From: Polyangiaceae bacterium
GTDB taxonomy: Bacteria; Myxococcota_A; Polyangia; Polyangiales; Polyangiaceae
Length of the DNA: 64,000 nt
Assembly: GCA_044222475.1 (NCBI GenBank)
Contig: JBGANF010000005.1
Coordinates: forward strand, 64,001 to 128,000
Direction of reading: 5' to 3'
The stretch's first letter is position 1. The number at the start of each line of letters is the position of its first letter. Both the position numbers and the translations under genes were made by a program. Below, one piece after another: positions 8,405-16,843 of this stretch. The notes beneath the pieces were generated by a model. The model was not told where the DNA came from. It did not search any database and was given only the letters and a program-made list of their open reading frames with translations.

Positions 8405-10089
8405 GCTCGGCCACCAGGCGCCCAACGGCGCGCGCACTCGCTGCGGCGTGCCTTCCCACTGGTCGTGCGCGGGATGGCACCGAGCGCGACGAACACGACG
8501 TCGTCCACGCGAACACCGAGCGTCCCGAGCACCGCGCCGCGAATCGATCGCGAGCGTTCCTCGCCGCGGTCTTCCTTCGGGCCGGTCTCGACGACGAGGA
8601 CGACGCGCTCCGTCCCGGCGTCGGCGTCGTCGATGCCGAACGCAGCGACGCTGCCAGCGCGGAGCCCGGTGGCCTCGATCACTGCGTGCTCGATGTCGTG
8701 CGGATCGACGTTGCGCCCGCCTTGGATGATGATCTCTTTGGCTCGTCCGGTGACGAAGAGCTGCCCACCGGAGACGAAGCCGAGATCCCCGGAGTCCAGC
8801 CATCCCCCAGACAACGCGCGCGCGCTTGCTTCGTCGTCGCGGAAGTAGCCATCCATGACCGATGCGCCGGCGATCAGGATCCGCCCGACGCGCTCGGTCT
8901 CCATCGTTCGTCCCGCCGCGTCGGCGATGCGGATCGACGTTCCGGCCACCGGCGTACCGACGCCGACGAGCTCGCGTGCGCCGCTCGCGTCGGACCGGCG
9001 CGCGACACCGCGCTTCTCGAGCGCCCCCCGGTCGACGTGAATCGTGGAGAGCACCCCGCGCGCGGCGAAGCTGACCGCGAGCGTCGACTCGGCCATGCCG
9101 TACACCGGCAGGCTCGCCGTCGAGCGAAGACCGAAGGGACCGAGCGCGCGGGCGAAGCGACGCACGGTCTCGGCGTGCACCGGCTCCGCGCCGTTGAGCG
9201 CGAGGCGAAGGCCGTCGAGCCGCTCCTCGTCGAGCTTGGCCACGCGAGCCACGCAGTGCTCGTATGCGAAGTTCGGCGCAGCGGTGATCGTCGCTTGCAC
9301 CTCCGACGCGAGGCGAAGCCATCGCTCGGCACCCATCGCGAAGTACTCTGGAGCGGCGAGGTGCAACGCGTAGGGGTGGCAGACCGCGGTGAGCAGCACC
9401 CCTACGAGCCCCATGTCGTGGAACAGCGGGAGCCAGCTGACGCCGACGTCGGTCGGATCGAGCTCGAGGCCGTGCGCGATCGCAAACGCGTTGCTCACGA
9501 GCGCACCGTGCGAGATGACGACCCCTTTGGGACGCCCTGTCGTGCCGGAGGTGTACTGGATGAGCGCCGCGTCGGCTTCGTCGAGCGTCGGCAGCGGCGC
9601 CCGCGTCAGTACGGTGTCGATCGTGTCCGCCTCGGTCAGTACGACCGGCGGAAGGACCAACGACGACGCATGCGTCCGGATCGCAGCGAGCGCGCGGGTA
9701 GACGCGACGAGGACGCGCGCGGCGGCGCTGTCGAACGTGGAGCCGAGGTTGCGGAGGAACGGCTCGAGCGAGCCGAACGTCATCGGCGTCGCGAGCGGCA
9801 CCGCGGCCGCGCCGGCGAGCATCGCTCCGAGCAGCGCCGCGACGAACGTCGGCCCCGTCGGGAGCAGGAGCACGACCCGATCCCCGCGTCGCACGCCGTG
9901 GCGAACGAAGACCTGCGCCCACTTGCGCGCGGCGGCGTACGCCGACCGAGCATCGAGGACACAAGGCTCGAGCCTCCCGTGAAAAATGGCGAGCGGCGCG
10001 TCGGCTCTCGCTCCGGCTTCGATCGCGTCCACCATCGTCCGATGGGCGCTCGATGGCATGATCGAGGACTCGAGCAACGCAGGCGTCAT
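8401..10089 (-). CDS. Fatty acyl-AMP ligase (FAAL); alternative start 10059
   Basis: IQYTSGTTGRPKG, VSWLPLFHDMGLVG, PVYGMAESTLAVS, DSGDLGF, PRTTSGK. Confidence 0.92.
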   Translation of the reverse strand: MTPALLESSIMPSSAHRTMVDAIEAGARADAPLAIFHGRLEPCVLDARSAYAAARKWAQVFVRHGVRRGDRVVLLLPTGPTFVAALLGAMLAGAAAVPLATPMTFGSLEPFLRNLGSTFDSAAARVLVASTRALAAIRTHASSLVLPPVVLTEADTIDTVLTRAPLPTLDEADAALIQYTSGTTGRPKGVVISHGALVSNAFAIAHGLELDPTDVGVSWLPLFHDMGLVGVLLTAVCHPYALHLAAPEYFAMGAERWLRLASEVQATITAAPNFAYEHCVARVAKLDEERLDGLRLALNGAEPVHAETVRRFARALGPFGLRSTASLPVYGMAESTLAVSFAARGVLSTIHVDRGALEKRGVARRSDASGARELVGVGTPVAGTSIRIADAAGRTMETERVGRILIAGASVMDGYFRDDEASARALSGGWLDSGDLGFVSGGQLFVTGRAKEIIIQGGRNVDPHDIEHAVIEATGLRAGSVAAFGIDDADAGTERVVLVVETGPKEDRGEERSRSIRGAVLGTLGVRVDDVVFVALGAIPRTTSGKARRSECARRWAPGGRA

Positions 10090-10124
10090 CACCCGCGACT
10101 ATGTTCGTTCCTCAGAGGCGCACC

Positions 10125-10138
10125 ATGACGACGGTCAA
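10125..10138. promoter_or_regulatory. Putative Crp/Fnr box ATGAC-GACG-GTCAA upstream of FAAL operon
   Basis: Reads TTGAC-CGTC-GTCAT on the minus strand; centre ~42 nt upstream of ATG 10089. Confidence 0.72.
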
Positions 10139-10142
10139 GAAC

Positions 10143-11189
10143 CTATAATGCAGCGTACGGCGCTTCGCCGCGAAGCTCGCGTTGCAGCGCCGTGAGCGAG
10201 GCCACGACGACGAGCGCGCCCGCTTGGTGGAGCGACGCGAGAGTGATCGGCACGTGAGCGATCACGGTGGCAGCGCCGAGCGTGAGTTGTCCAACCACCG
10301 CGCCGGCGCCCAAGACGACGAGCCAGCGCACGCGCGACGTGGAGCCTTTGCGGAACGCGATCCCGACCAGAGTGCCCATGACCGCAAGGAGCACGAACGC
10401 GAGCGCTCGGTGCACGAAGTGCACCGTCACCGCGTCCGCGACGACGCTCCCCACCGCCACCGGCCGGCCGAACGCGCCATCAGGCAAGAGCCGTCCGCCC
10501 ATCGTCGGGAAGTCCGAGAACACGAGCCCCGCGTGATGACCCGCCATGAGCGCTCCCCAGACGAGGAGCAGGAACGCCAGGCTCGTCGCAGCGCCGGCGG
10601 TGATGCGCAGCGCCGGCGCCGCTTGTACTCGAGGCGTGGGAGCGCGCGAGTGCGCGTCGAGCGCGCTCCAGAGCAGCACGACGAAGAGCAAGACGCCGAC
10701 GACGAAGTGTGCGGCGAGCCGGTACGGGCTCACGTGTGGAACGTCGATGAGGCCGCTTCGAACCATGGTCCAGCCGAGGAAGGCCTGCGCGAAGCCGAGA
10801 AGGAGGACGCCTCCGACTCGAAGCGCGACCGCGCGGGGGAGCTGATGCCGAATGGCGAAGACCGCCATGGGTCCGAGGAGCACGAGCGCGACGATGCGCC
10901 CGAGGAGCCGATGTCCCCACTCGACGAGGTAGATGTGACGAAACGCCACGAGATCCATCTCCGGAGCGCGAACGCGGCCCTCGGGCGAGCTCGCATACCG
11001 TGCGAAGGCCTCGCGCCAATCGCCTTCGTCGAGCGGCGGGAGAGCGCCCAAAATGGGATCCCAGGTCGTGATGGAGAGGCCGGAGCGGGTGAGTCGGGTG
11101 ATGCCTCCGACGAGGATCATCGCGCCCGTCAGCGCCACGCACGCCGTGAGCCACCACGCGACCGAGCGCGACTGAACCGCGCGGCTCAC
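10143..11189 (-). CDS. ctaA: Heme A synthase (COX15/CtaA, type 2)
   Basis: GGITRLTRSGLSITTW, EWGHRLLGR, VSPYRLAAH, HFVHR, LASLHQ. Confidence 0.95.
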   Translation of the reverse strand: MSRAVQSRSVAWWLTACVALTGAMILVGGITRLTRSGLSITTWDPILGALPPLDEGDWREAFARYASSPEGRVRAPEMDLVAFRHIYLVEWGHRLLGRIVALVLLGPMAVFAIRHQLPRAVALRVGGVLLLGFAQAFLGWTMVRSGLIDVPHVSPYRLAAHFVVGVLLFVVLLWSALDAHSRAPTPRVQAAPALRITAGAATSLAFLLLVWGALMAGHHAGLVFSDFPTMGGRLLPDGAFGRPVAVGSVVADAVTVHFVHRALAFVLLAVMGTLVGIAFRKGSTSRVRWLVVLGAGAVVGQLTLGAATVIAHVPITLASLHQAGALVVVASLTALQRELRGEAPYAAL

Positions 11190-12919
11190 GGGATCGAGGC
11201 TTCGACGACCGCCATCTCGATGGGTGGCGCGCGGTTGGTCTGCAGCCAGAGGCTCTCGAGCTCGGCGCCCCAGCCGTCGGTCTTGTTGCCCTTCACGAGC
11301 GCGTCGACGTACTCGCGCGTCACCGTTTGATACAGGAGGCGCACCTTCACGTGGGTCGCGCCCTGCGGGATGGTGAACGGGACGTTGGCCCAGTGCTGGC
11401 CGTCGGCGTAGGTCGCGCCGACCGCGCCGGCGCCGACGGCGTCGAACGCGGCGTTCGCGAAGCCACGCGGGGGGATCCGGTTGTCCTTCACGACGACGTC
11501 CGCGAGGGACATGTGCGTCGTCGGGCCAGCGGGCAAACCGGTGAGCTTCGCCGCGGCCGGGCTCAGCCCGATCTCCATCTCGAAGATGGTGGTCGGCGCA
11601 CCGCCGAGGTCACCAGTCTGCGGGTCCCAGCGGCCGTGCTCCGCCAAGATGGCGTTGGTCGCATCGGTGAAGATCACGTCGAGGAACACGCGACGTCCCT
11701 CGATGTGACCGGTGGGGAGCTTGTGTCCGCTCTCGTTTTGGACCCTCACCTGGATCTGCGAGCTGGTCTTCGTGAGCGACAGCGTGGCCGCGCGTTGGAG
11801 CATCGACACCGCGTTCGCGTGACCGTTCGCCAGCGCGGCCTGATCGACGTTCGTTCCTTCGCGCAGCGCGACGATGTCGAGGACCCACGCCGAAGCGCCG
11901 GCGAAATCGTGGCGCGCGAGGTCGGGACGACTCGGGGAGAAGATGCACCCTTGGGCCGCCTCGCGCGGCATGTGGCAGTCGGCGCACGTCGAGACGACGC
12001 TGGCACCGGCGCCGCCGAAGCGCCCGCCGAGATCGACGCCGCCCTGTGCGAACGCGGACGCGCGCCACTCCGAGAACGTCCGTTCGAGCGGGAACTGTGC
12101 GGTCGGATCGGGGTTCGACGCCGGCGTCTTCGGCGGATCGTAGGCGTAGCCGCCATCCGTTCGGAGGACGGCGGGGTTGCCGACGTCGTGGCACGTGCCG
12201 CAGAGCTCCGAGCGGCGGTAGAACGGCGAGGCGGTGAACGGGTGCAGCGCACCGGCGTCTTCGTACGGACCGCGGCGCAGCCCCGCCGGGTCGATGACGA
12301 ACTGAGCGTTACCAAAATGGGACGGCGGATCCGCGAGCGCGCCCACGATGAGGTCGTCGCCGTTGGGCGACCCCGATGGCAGCGACGGGTCCACCATGGC
12401 GTGACAGAGGTGGCAGGTGACGCCGTCTCGATCGCGACTGGAGAGCGTCTTTCCGGACGGGTCGCCGGCGTTTCCGGTCATGATCGACACCGGAACGTGG
12501 CAACGGAGACAGTAGTAGCCGACGCCCGGAACGTCCTGGTTCGCGGTCGCGAGCTGGGCGAAGAACAGCGGATCGCGACCGGCGACCGACATGAGGCTCG
12601 CCGACCACGTCGAGAAGGGACCGGCCGGCAACGACTGCGATCCATGGCACGCCGCGCAGTCGCCCGGCCGAAGCAGCGCAGTCGGCGGGAGGTCGCCGAG
12701 CTGGGTCCCCGGCACGTGGAAGTCGCGCAAGTCGATCGGAGCGGCAGCGTCGGCTTCGCCGGTGACGTCGGCGACGTCGCCCGAGTCCGTGATGCGGTCG
12801 TCATTCGCGTCGACGACCACCCCGGCGTCGCTCGGCGGCTCGCCCGGTTGCTCTGCGGAGCAAGCTGCCCAGAGCGCGGCCGCGGAAGTCGCGAGCGCGA
12901 AGAGTAGCGGCCGCTTCAC
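11186..12919 (-). CDS. Multiheme (5 CxxCH) cytochrome c lipoprotein
   Basis: Lipobox WAAC; CAACH, CLRCH, CHLCH, CGTCH, CADCH; NESGHKLPTG Ig-like C-terminus; GTGA overlaps on both sides. Confidence 0.9.
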   Translation of the reverse strand: MKRPLLFALATSAAALWAACSAEQPGEPPSDAGVVVDANDDRITDSGDVADVTGEADAAAPIDLRDFHVPGTQLGDLPPTALLRPGDCAACHGSQSLPAGPFSTWSASLMSVAGRDPLFFAQLATANQDVPGVGYYCLRCHVPVSIMTGNAGDPSGKTLSSRDRDGVTCHLCHAMVDPSLPSGSPNGDDLIVGALADPPSHFGNAQFVIDPAGLRRGPYEDAGALHPFTASPFYRRSELCGTCHDVGNPAVLRTDGGYAYDPPKTPASNPDPTAQFPLERTFSEWRASAFAQGGVDLGGRFGGAGASVVSTCADCHMPREAAQGCIFSPSRPDLARHDFAGASAWVLDIVALREGTNVDQAALANGHANAVSMLQRAATLSLTKTSSQIQVRVQNESGHKLPTGHIEGRRVFLDVIFTDATNAILAEHGRWDPQTGDLGGAPTTIFEMEIGLSPAAAKLTGLPAGPTTHMSLADVVVKDNRIPPRGFANAAFDAVGAGAVGATYADGQHWANVPFTIPQGATHVKVRLLYQTVTREYVDALVKGNKTDGWGAELESLWLQTNRAPPIEMAVVEASIP

Positions 12920-15900
12920 GGACCGACCGGAGCCCCGCGCTGTCCGGGCGCGAGATTCAGGTTCGTCGGAGCGCGGCCGGCGGCCACCGTCTGTGACGCG
13001 CCGGAGAAGATGTCCGGCTTCATCGCGGCGTCGAGCGGCCGCCCGCTCACCGCACCGTGGCATTGCCCGCAGAAGCCGTCGAACAGCGGATGTGGAAACG
13101 CTTCGTGGACGGACTCACCAGGGGTGAACATCAGGTGCTCGTTGATGAAGGGCGCCGGGAGCAACGTGGTCGACATCGGCGTCTGCGGGAGCTCGATCTG
13201 CAGCGGCAACCCGCCGGGGAGCATGTAGCGCGCCGACCCATCCAGCTCGACGGGGACCTCGCCGATGAGCCGGCGTCGCACGTACACCTTGCCGAACGCA
13301 TCGGTGGCGACGTTCGCGCCGCCTTGGTCGAAGCTCGTCACCTCGAGCGGCGGAGGCAGCTCCTCGAAGATGCGGAACGATCGAAGATCGGGATCGAGCC
13401 TCCGACCGGCGGGCGTGTTCTGGAGCATCAACGCGACGATCGTCGGCACGTCGTGCATCGTCACGTCGGCGGTGGTCTTCGACTCATCCATCCCGTATGC
13501 GTTCGGCTCGGTGGGCGCCGACGCATAGACCTTCCGCTTCGGGCGACCGTAGATCGCGACGGCCTCGACGTCGGCCATCCCAGGGACCCCGAGCAGCGGC
13601 GTGCGGGTGCCGGTCGACGTGTCGACGACGACGACGTCGTAGTCCCCTGTGAAGCTCGCAGCGTCACTCGCAGCGGCGAAGCTGACGAGGGCACGACCGT
13701 CGGGGAGCGGCGACGGAGACCCGTAGAACCCTGCCGTTCCGGCGTTCGCCCGACCCGTCGCGGCCGGGTCGACGATGCGCAAGGAGTGCAGGAAGAAGCT
13801 CGGGTTGGGCTGCGTCGGAGACGCGCCACTCGCCAGCGCTGGGTCGAGCGCATAGTCGGCCGGATCGGGGCTCCCGAAGTCCACGCCGATCGTGCGGTTG
13901 AACACGCCGAGCGTGCCACCTCGGTGAGGAACTCCGAGGTCGGCGAAGATCGCGGCGAAGTTCTTGTCGGCGAGCTGTACGACCTGCGACACGGCCCGAT
14001 ACCCGACGCTGCCGCGTTGGCCGAAGAGTGGGTGGTAGTCGCCACCGTCGAGGTTGATGCGCCGAAGCGCGAGCTGATGGAACCCTGGGAGCCGCTTCTC
14101 CACCGTGAAGATCACCCGCCCGTCTGCCATGAAGGCGGGCGCGCGCTCCAAGTCCAGCAAGTAGGTGAGCTGCCTCGTGCGGAGCGAGCCGGGCTGCTTC
14201 GGATCGCTCTCGTGGACGTAGAGGTTGGCGTTGGGCTTCGACGGGTCGGCCGGCGTGCGCTGCGGACCGCTGTAGTCGTACGGTCCGACGTCGAGGTTCC
14301 CGCGCGTCGACGCGAACACGATCGGCGCGACGCCGGCGGCGTCGGGAGGGCCGTAGCTCGGATCGAAATTGTGGACGAGGAGGCCGTTCGCGGTCGCCGG
14401 CGTCGCGTTGATCGCCGCGTGCAGGGCGCACCCGGTCCCATCGGACTTCATCTCGTAGATGCGCAGGGGCTCGCTCGCGCTCGAGCGCGCCGCGAACGCG
14501 ATTCGCGAACCATCCCAAGCGACCGCCGGCCGCCGAATGTCCGCCGTCGCGGTGGATAGACCGCACCCCGCCGTCAGCGATCGTTCGCCGGAGGTGGTGA
14601 GCACTCCCGCCACGTCGAGCTGCGCGTCGGCGATCCGGAGGTCGCTCCCGGGTTGGTAGACGTCGAAGTCCTGGACGCGATCGGGAGCGCTCGTGAGAGC
14701 GCGACGGACGTAGACGATGCCGCTGAGCGGAGCGACCGGGCGCGCCGCGCGCTCTCGGCGCAGCCACTCTCGAAGGATGCAGAACGCAGGTATCACGTCG
14801 AGGCTACCCGCGTCGTAGTCCCATCCCTTCCCGTCGCACGCCGTGGGCACGGCGGCGTCCTTCCCGAGGTCTTCGAAGAGCGGTCCCCCGCGGTGGATGA
14901 TGCCCGTCCCGCCGAGCTCGGGTCGATACAGGTTCTTTCGCACGAGCCGGCTGGCACGGGGGTCGTCGCTCTCGAGCGCGAGCTGAGCGACGCTGAGGTC
15001 GTAGTTCTTGCGAGTCGTCGAGAACGAGAAGCTCCCCGAGGCCCCCCCGCGGAGGCGGTAGTCGTGGAAGCTCGACGCCGAGTGACATTGCAGCTGCATG
15101 CAGCCCTTCCGCACGAGGACGGGCTGCACGCGATGCGCGAAGAACGCAAAGCCGGGGCCGAGGTCGGGCACGACGAGCGGTCCATGCTTCGTCGCCCAGT
15201 TCACGAGAGCGACGAGGTCACCATCGGACGAGCTCTCGAAGACGACTCCACCTTCGTGGAACGAGCCCCCGAACGCGGGTGCGAGCGGACGCCGCACGAG
15301 CTCCGACTGGTCCGGCGTGGCGGCGAGGTACTCGACGGCCGCGAAGTAGTTGTACCGCGCCTGCTCGGGTGTCGTGCCACAGGTGAGGACGAGCTGGTTC
15401 ATCGCGCTGCCGTGACAGCTCCCGGATCCGCAGCGGGCGGCGAGCGGGCCGTTGACGGTGTCGCGGAAGATCGGCCAGTCGGAGGTCGTCGGATCCTTGC
15501 TCGGGTCGAAGCCCGACACCGACGGAACCTGGGTGGAGCACGGCGACGTCGCAGTCGGCCTCGGCCTGAGGCCGGTGTTGTTCTCGGTCGCTCCGTTCTC
15601 GATCCAACGCGCGAGCGTGACGTACGCGCTCGCGCTCGGGTCGAGCACCGAGCCGCCGGTGTGGCGTACGTCGGTCGTGACCACGACGCCGCTCGCGTCG
15701 TACGCGCGGACGTGCAGCTCCTGCTCGGGGAGGACCTTGAAGAGGAAGCTCGGCTGGCGGTACGGACCGTACGTGGCGAGCAGATCGCGCCGCTTGTTCA
15801 AGTTGGCGAAGCTGCTCACGTCGAGGTTGCCGAACGCGTTGCCCTTGTCGTCGGAGACGTGGCACCCCGAGCCCGTCGGCGAGCGCGCGCAGCTCGTCTG

Positions 15901-16029
15901 CAGGATCGGTGAGATGACGCGCTCGAAGTACGTCTCGTCGGGAACGGCCTTGGACGAGCAAGCCGGCAACCCGAAGAAGGCCACCGCGAGGACTGCGATC
16001 GGAACCGAGAGCAGCGGGTTGATGCGCAT
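12916..16029 (-). CDS. Large lipoprotein: three atypical cytochrome c-like repeats, PD40/HzsA-like beta-propeller, C-terminal CxxCH
   Basis: Lipobox LPAC; CARSPTGSGCH, CGSGSCH, CMQLQCH; PAVAWDGSRIAFA, IVFASTR, PAFMADGRVIFT, RINLDGGDYHP; VELDGSA..LPGGLP; CGQCH. Confidence 0.75.
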   Translation of the reverse strand: MRINPLLSVPIAVLAVAFFGLPACSSKAVPDETYFERVISPILQTSCARSPTGSGCHVSDDKGNAFGNLDVSSFANLNKRRDLLATYGPYRQPSFLFKVLPEQELHVRAYDASGVVVTTDVRHTGGSVLDPSASAYVTLARWIENGATENNTGLRPRPTATSPCSTQVPSVSGFDPSKDPTTSDWPIFRDTVNGPLAARCGSGSCHGSAMNQLVLTCGTTPEQARYNYFAAVEYLAATPDQSELVRRPLAPAFGGSFHEGGVVFESSSDGDLVALVNWATKHGPLVVPDLGPGFAFFAHRVQPVLVRKGCMQLQCHSASSFHDYRLRGGASGSFSFSTTRKNYDLSVAQLALESDDPRASRLVRKNLYRPELGGTGIIHRGGPLFEDLGKDAAVPTACDGKGWDYDAGSLDVIPAFCILREWLRRERAARPVAPLSGIVYVRRALTSAPDRVQDFDVYQPGSDLRIADAQLDVAGVLTTSGERSLTAGCGLSTATADIRRPAVAWDGSRIAFAARSSASEPLRIYEMKSDGTGCALHAAINATPATANGLLVHNFDPSYGPPDAAGVAPIVFASTRGNLDVGPYDYSGPQRTPADPSKPNANLYVHESDPKQPGSLRTRQLTYLLDLERAPAFMADGRVIFTVEKRLPGFHQLALRRINLDGGDYHPLFGQRGSVGYRAVSQVVQLADKNFAAIFADLGVPHRGGTLGVFNRTIGVDFGSPDPADYALDPALASGASPTQPNPSFFLHSLRIVDPAATGRANAGTAGFYGSPSPLPDGRALVSFAAASDAASFTGDYDVVVVDTSTGTRTPLLGVPGMADVEAVAIYGRPKRKVYASAPTEPNAYGMDESKTTADVTMHDVPTIVALMLQNTPAGRRLDPDLRSFRIFEELPPPLEVTSFDQGGANVATDAFGKVYVRRRLIGEVPVELDGSARYMLPGGLPLQIELPQTPMSTTLLPAPFINEHLMFTPGESVHEAFPHPLFDGFCGQCHGAVSGRPLDAAMKPDIFSGASQTVAAGRAPTNLNLAPGQRGAPVGP

Positions 16030-16076
16030 GGAAGGCACCTCGTGGATCAGGGTGCCCCGATCAGGCGAGATGGGGC

Positions 16077-16090
16077 ATGACCCAGGTCAG
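16077..16090. promoter_or_regulatory. Putative Crp/Fnr box ATGAC-CCAG-GTCAG in divergent intergenic region
   Basis: TGAC-N4-GTCA between the cytochrome operon and the Crp/Fnr gene. Confidence 0.7.
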
Positions 16091-16120
16091 CGCGATATCT
16101 TGCACGTCGCGCGAAGCGGC

Positions 16121-16843
16121 ATGAAACCTGCTCCGCTGGAGGCGATGGATGCCGCACTGCCACTGCTGCGTGCCTCGCGGCTCTTCGGCGCGCTCGACGC
16201 CCAGCACCACGCGGAGTTTGCGCGAACGGCGCGGCGGAGTCGGTACGAGCGTGGCGCCTTCCTCTGGCAGTCAGGCGACCCGGTGCGAGAGTTCACGATC
16301 ATCGTCTCCGGGGTGATCAAGGTGTGCGCACCGATGAGGCAGGGCCCGTCGTCGATCATCGGCATCTTCGGCCCGCGGGAGAGCATCGGCGACTCCGCCG
16401 TGATCCGCGGCCGGGACTACCCCGCCGATGCCATCGCCGCGACCGAGACGACCGAGGTTCTCTGGATCGACAAGGCGATCGTGCTCGAGGCGATGGCGCG
16501 GGATGCGACGGTCGCCAACGCGGTGAATCGATCACTGGCGGAGCACGCCCTGGCGCTGCAGCACAAGATTCGGATCCTCGGCGCGGGCAACATCGAGGCG
16601 CGGCTCGCCACGCTGTTCCTCCACCTCGCCGAGCGCTTCGGCGACGACCTGGACGACGGCGACGTGATGATCCCGCTCGTGTTGTCGCGCACCGACCTCG
16701 CGTGCCTCGTCGGGACGACGCCCGAGACGACGATTCGCGTGCTGAGCCGGTGGCAGAAGAGCGGGATCCTCACCACGACCGACGACGGGTTCCGCATCGG
16801 AGCGATCGATCCGTTGGAACGCCTGGCCGCGACCGAAGACTAG
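16121..16843 (+). CDS. Crp/Fnr family transcriptional regulator (DNR/NnrR-like, no Fe-S Cys cluster); alternative start 16145
   Basis: cNMP-like domain (GPRESIGD..YPADAIA), IEARLATLFL, LSRTDLACLVGTTPETTIRVLS HTH. Confidence 0.92.
   Translation: MKPAPLEAMDAALPLLRASRLFGALDAQHHAEFARTARRSRYERGAFLWQSGDPVREFTIIVSGVIKVCAPMRQGPSSIIGIFGPRESIGDSAVIRGRDYPADAIAATETTEVLWIDKAIVLEAMARDATVANAVNRSLAEHALALQHKIRILGAGNIEARLATLFLHLAERFGDDLDDGDVMIPLVLSRTDLACLVGTTPETTIRVLSRWQKSGILTTTDDGFRIGAIDPLERLAATED

Noticed and set aside
11186..16029. Anammox hydrazine synthase, or a ladderane link with the neighbouring lipid cluster
   Set aside because: No hzsB/hzsC or HAO-like octaheme gene is present, HzsA-like domains occur outside anammox bacteria, and the genome style does not fit. 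Only a fold-level resemblance is claimed.
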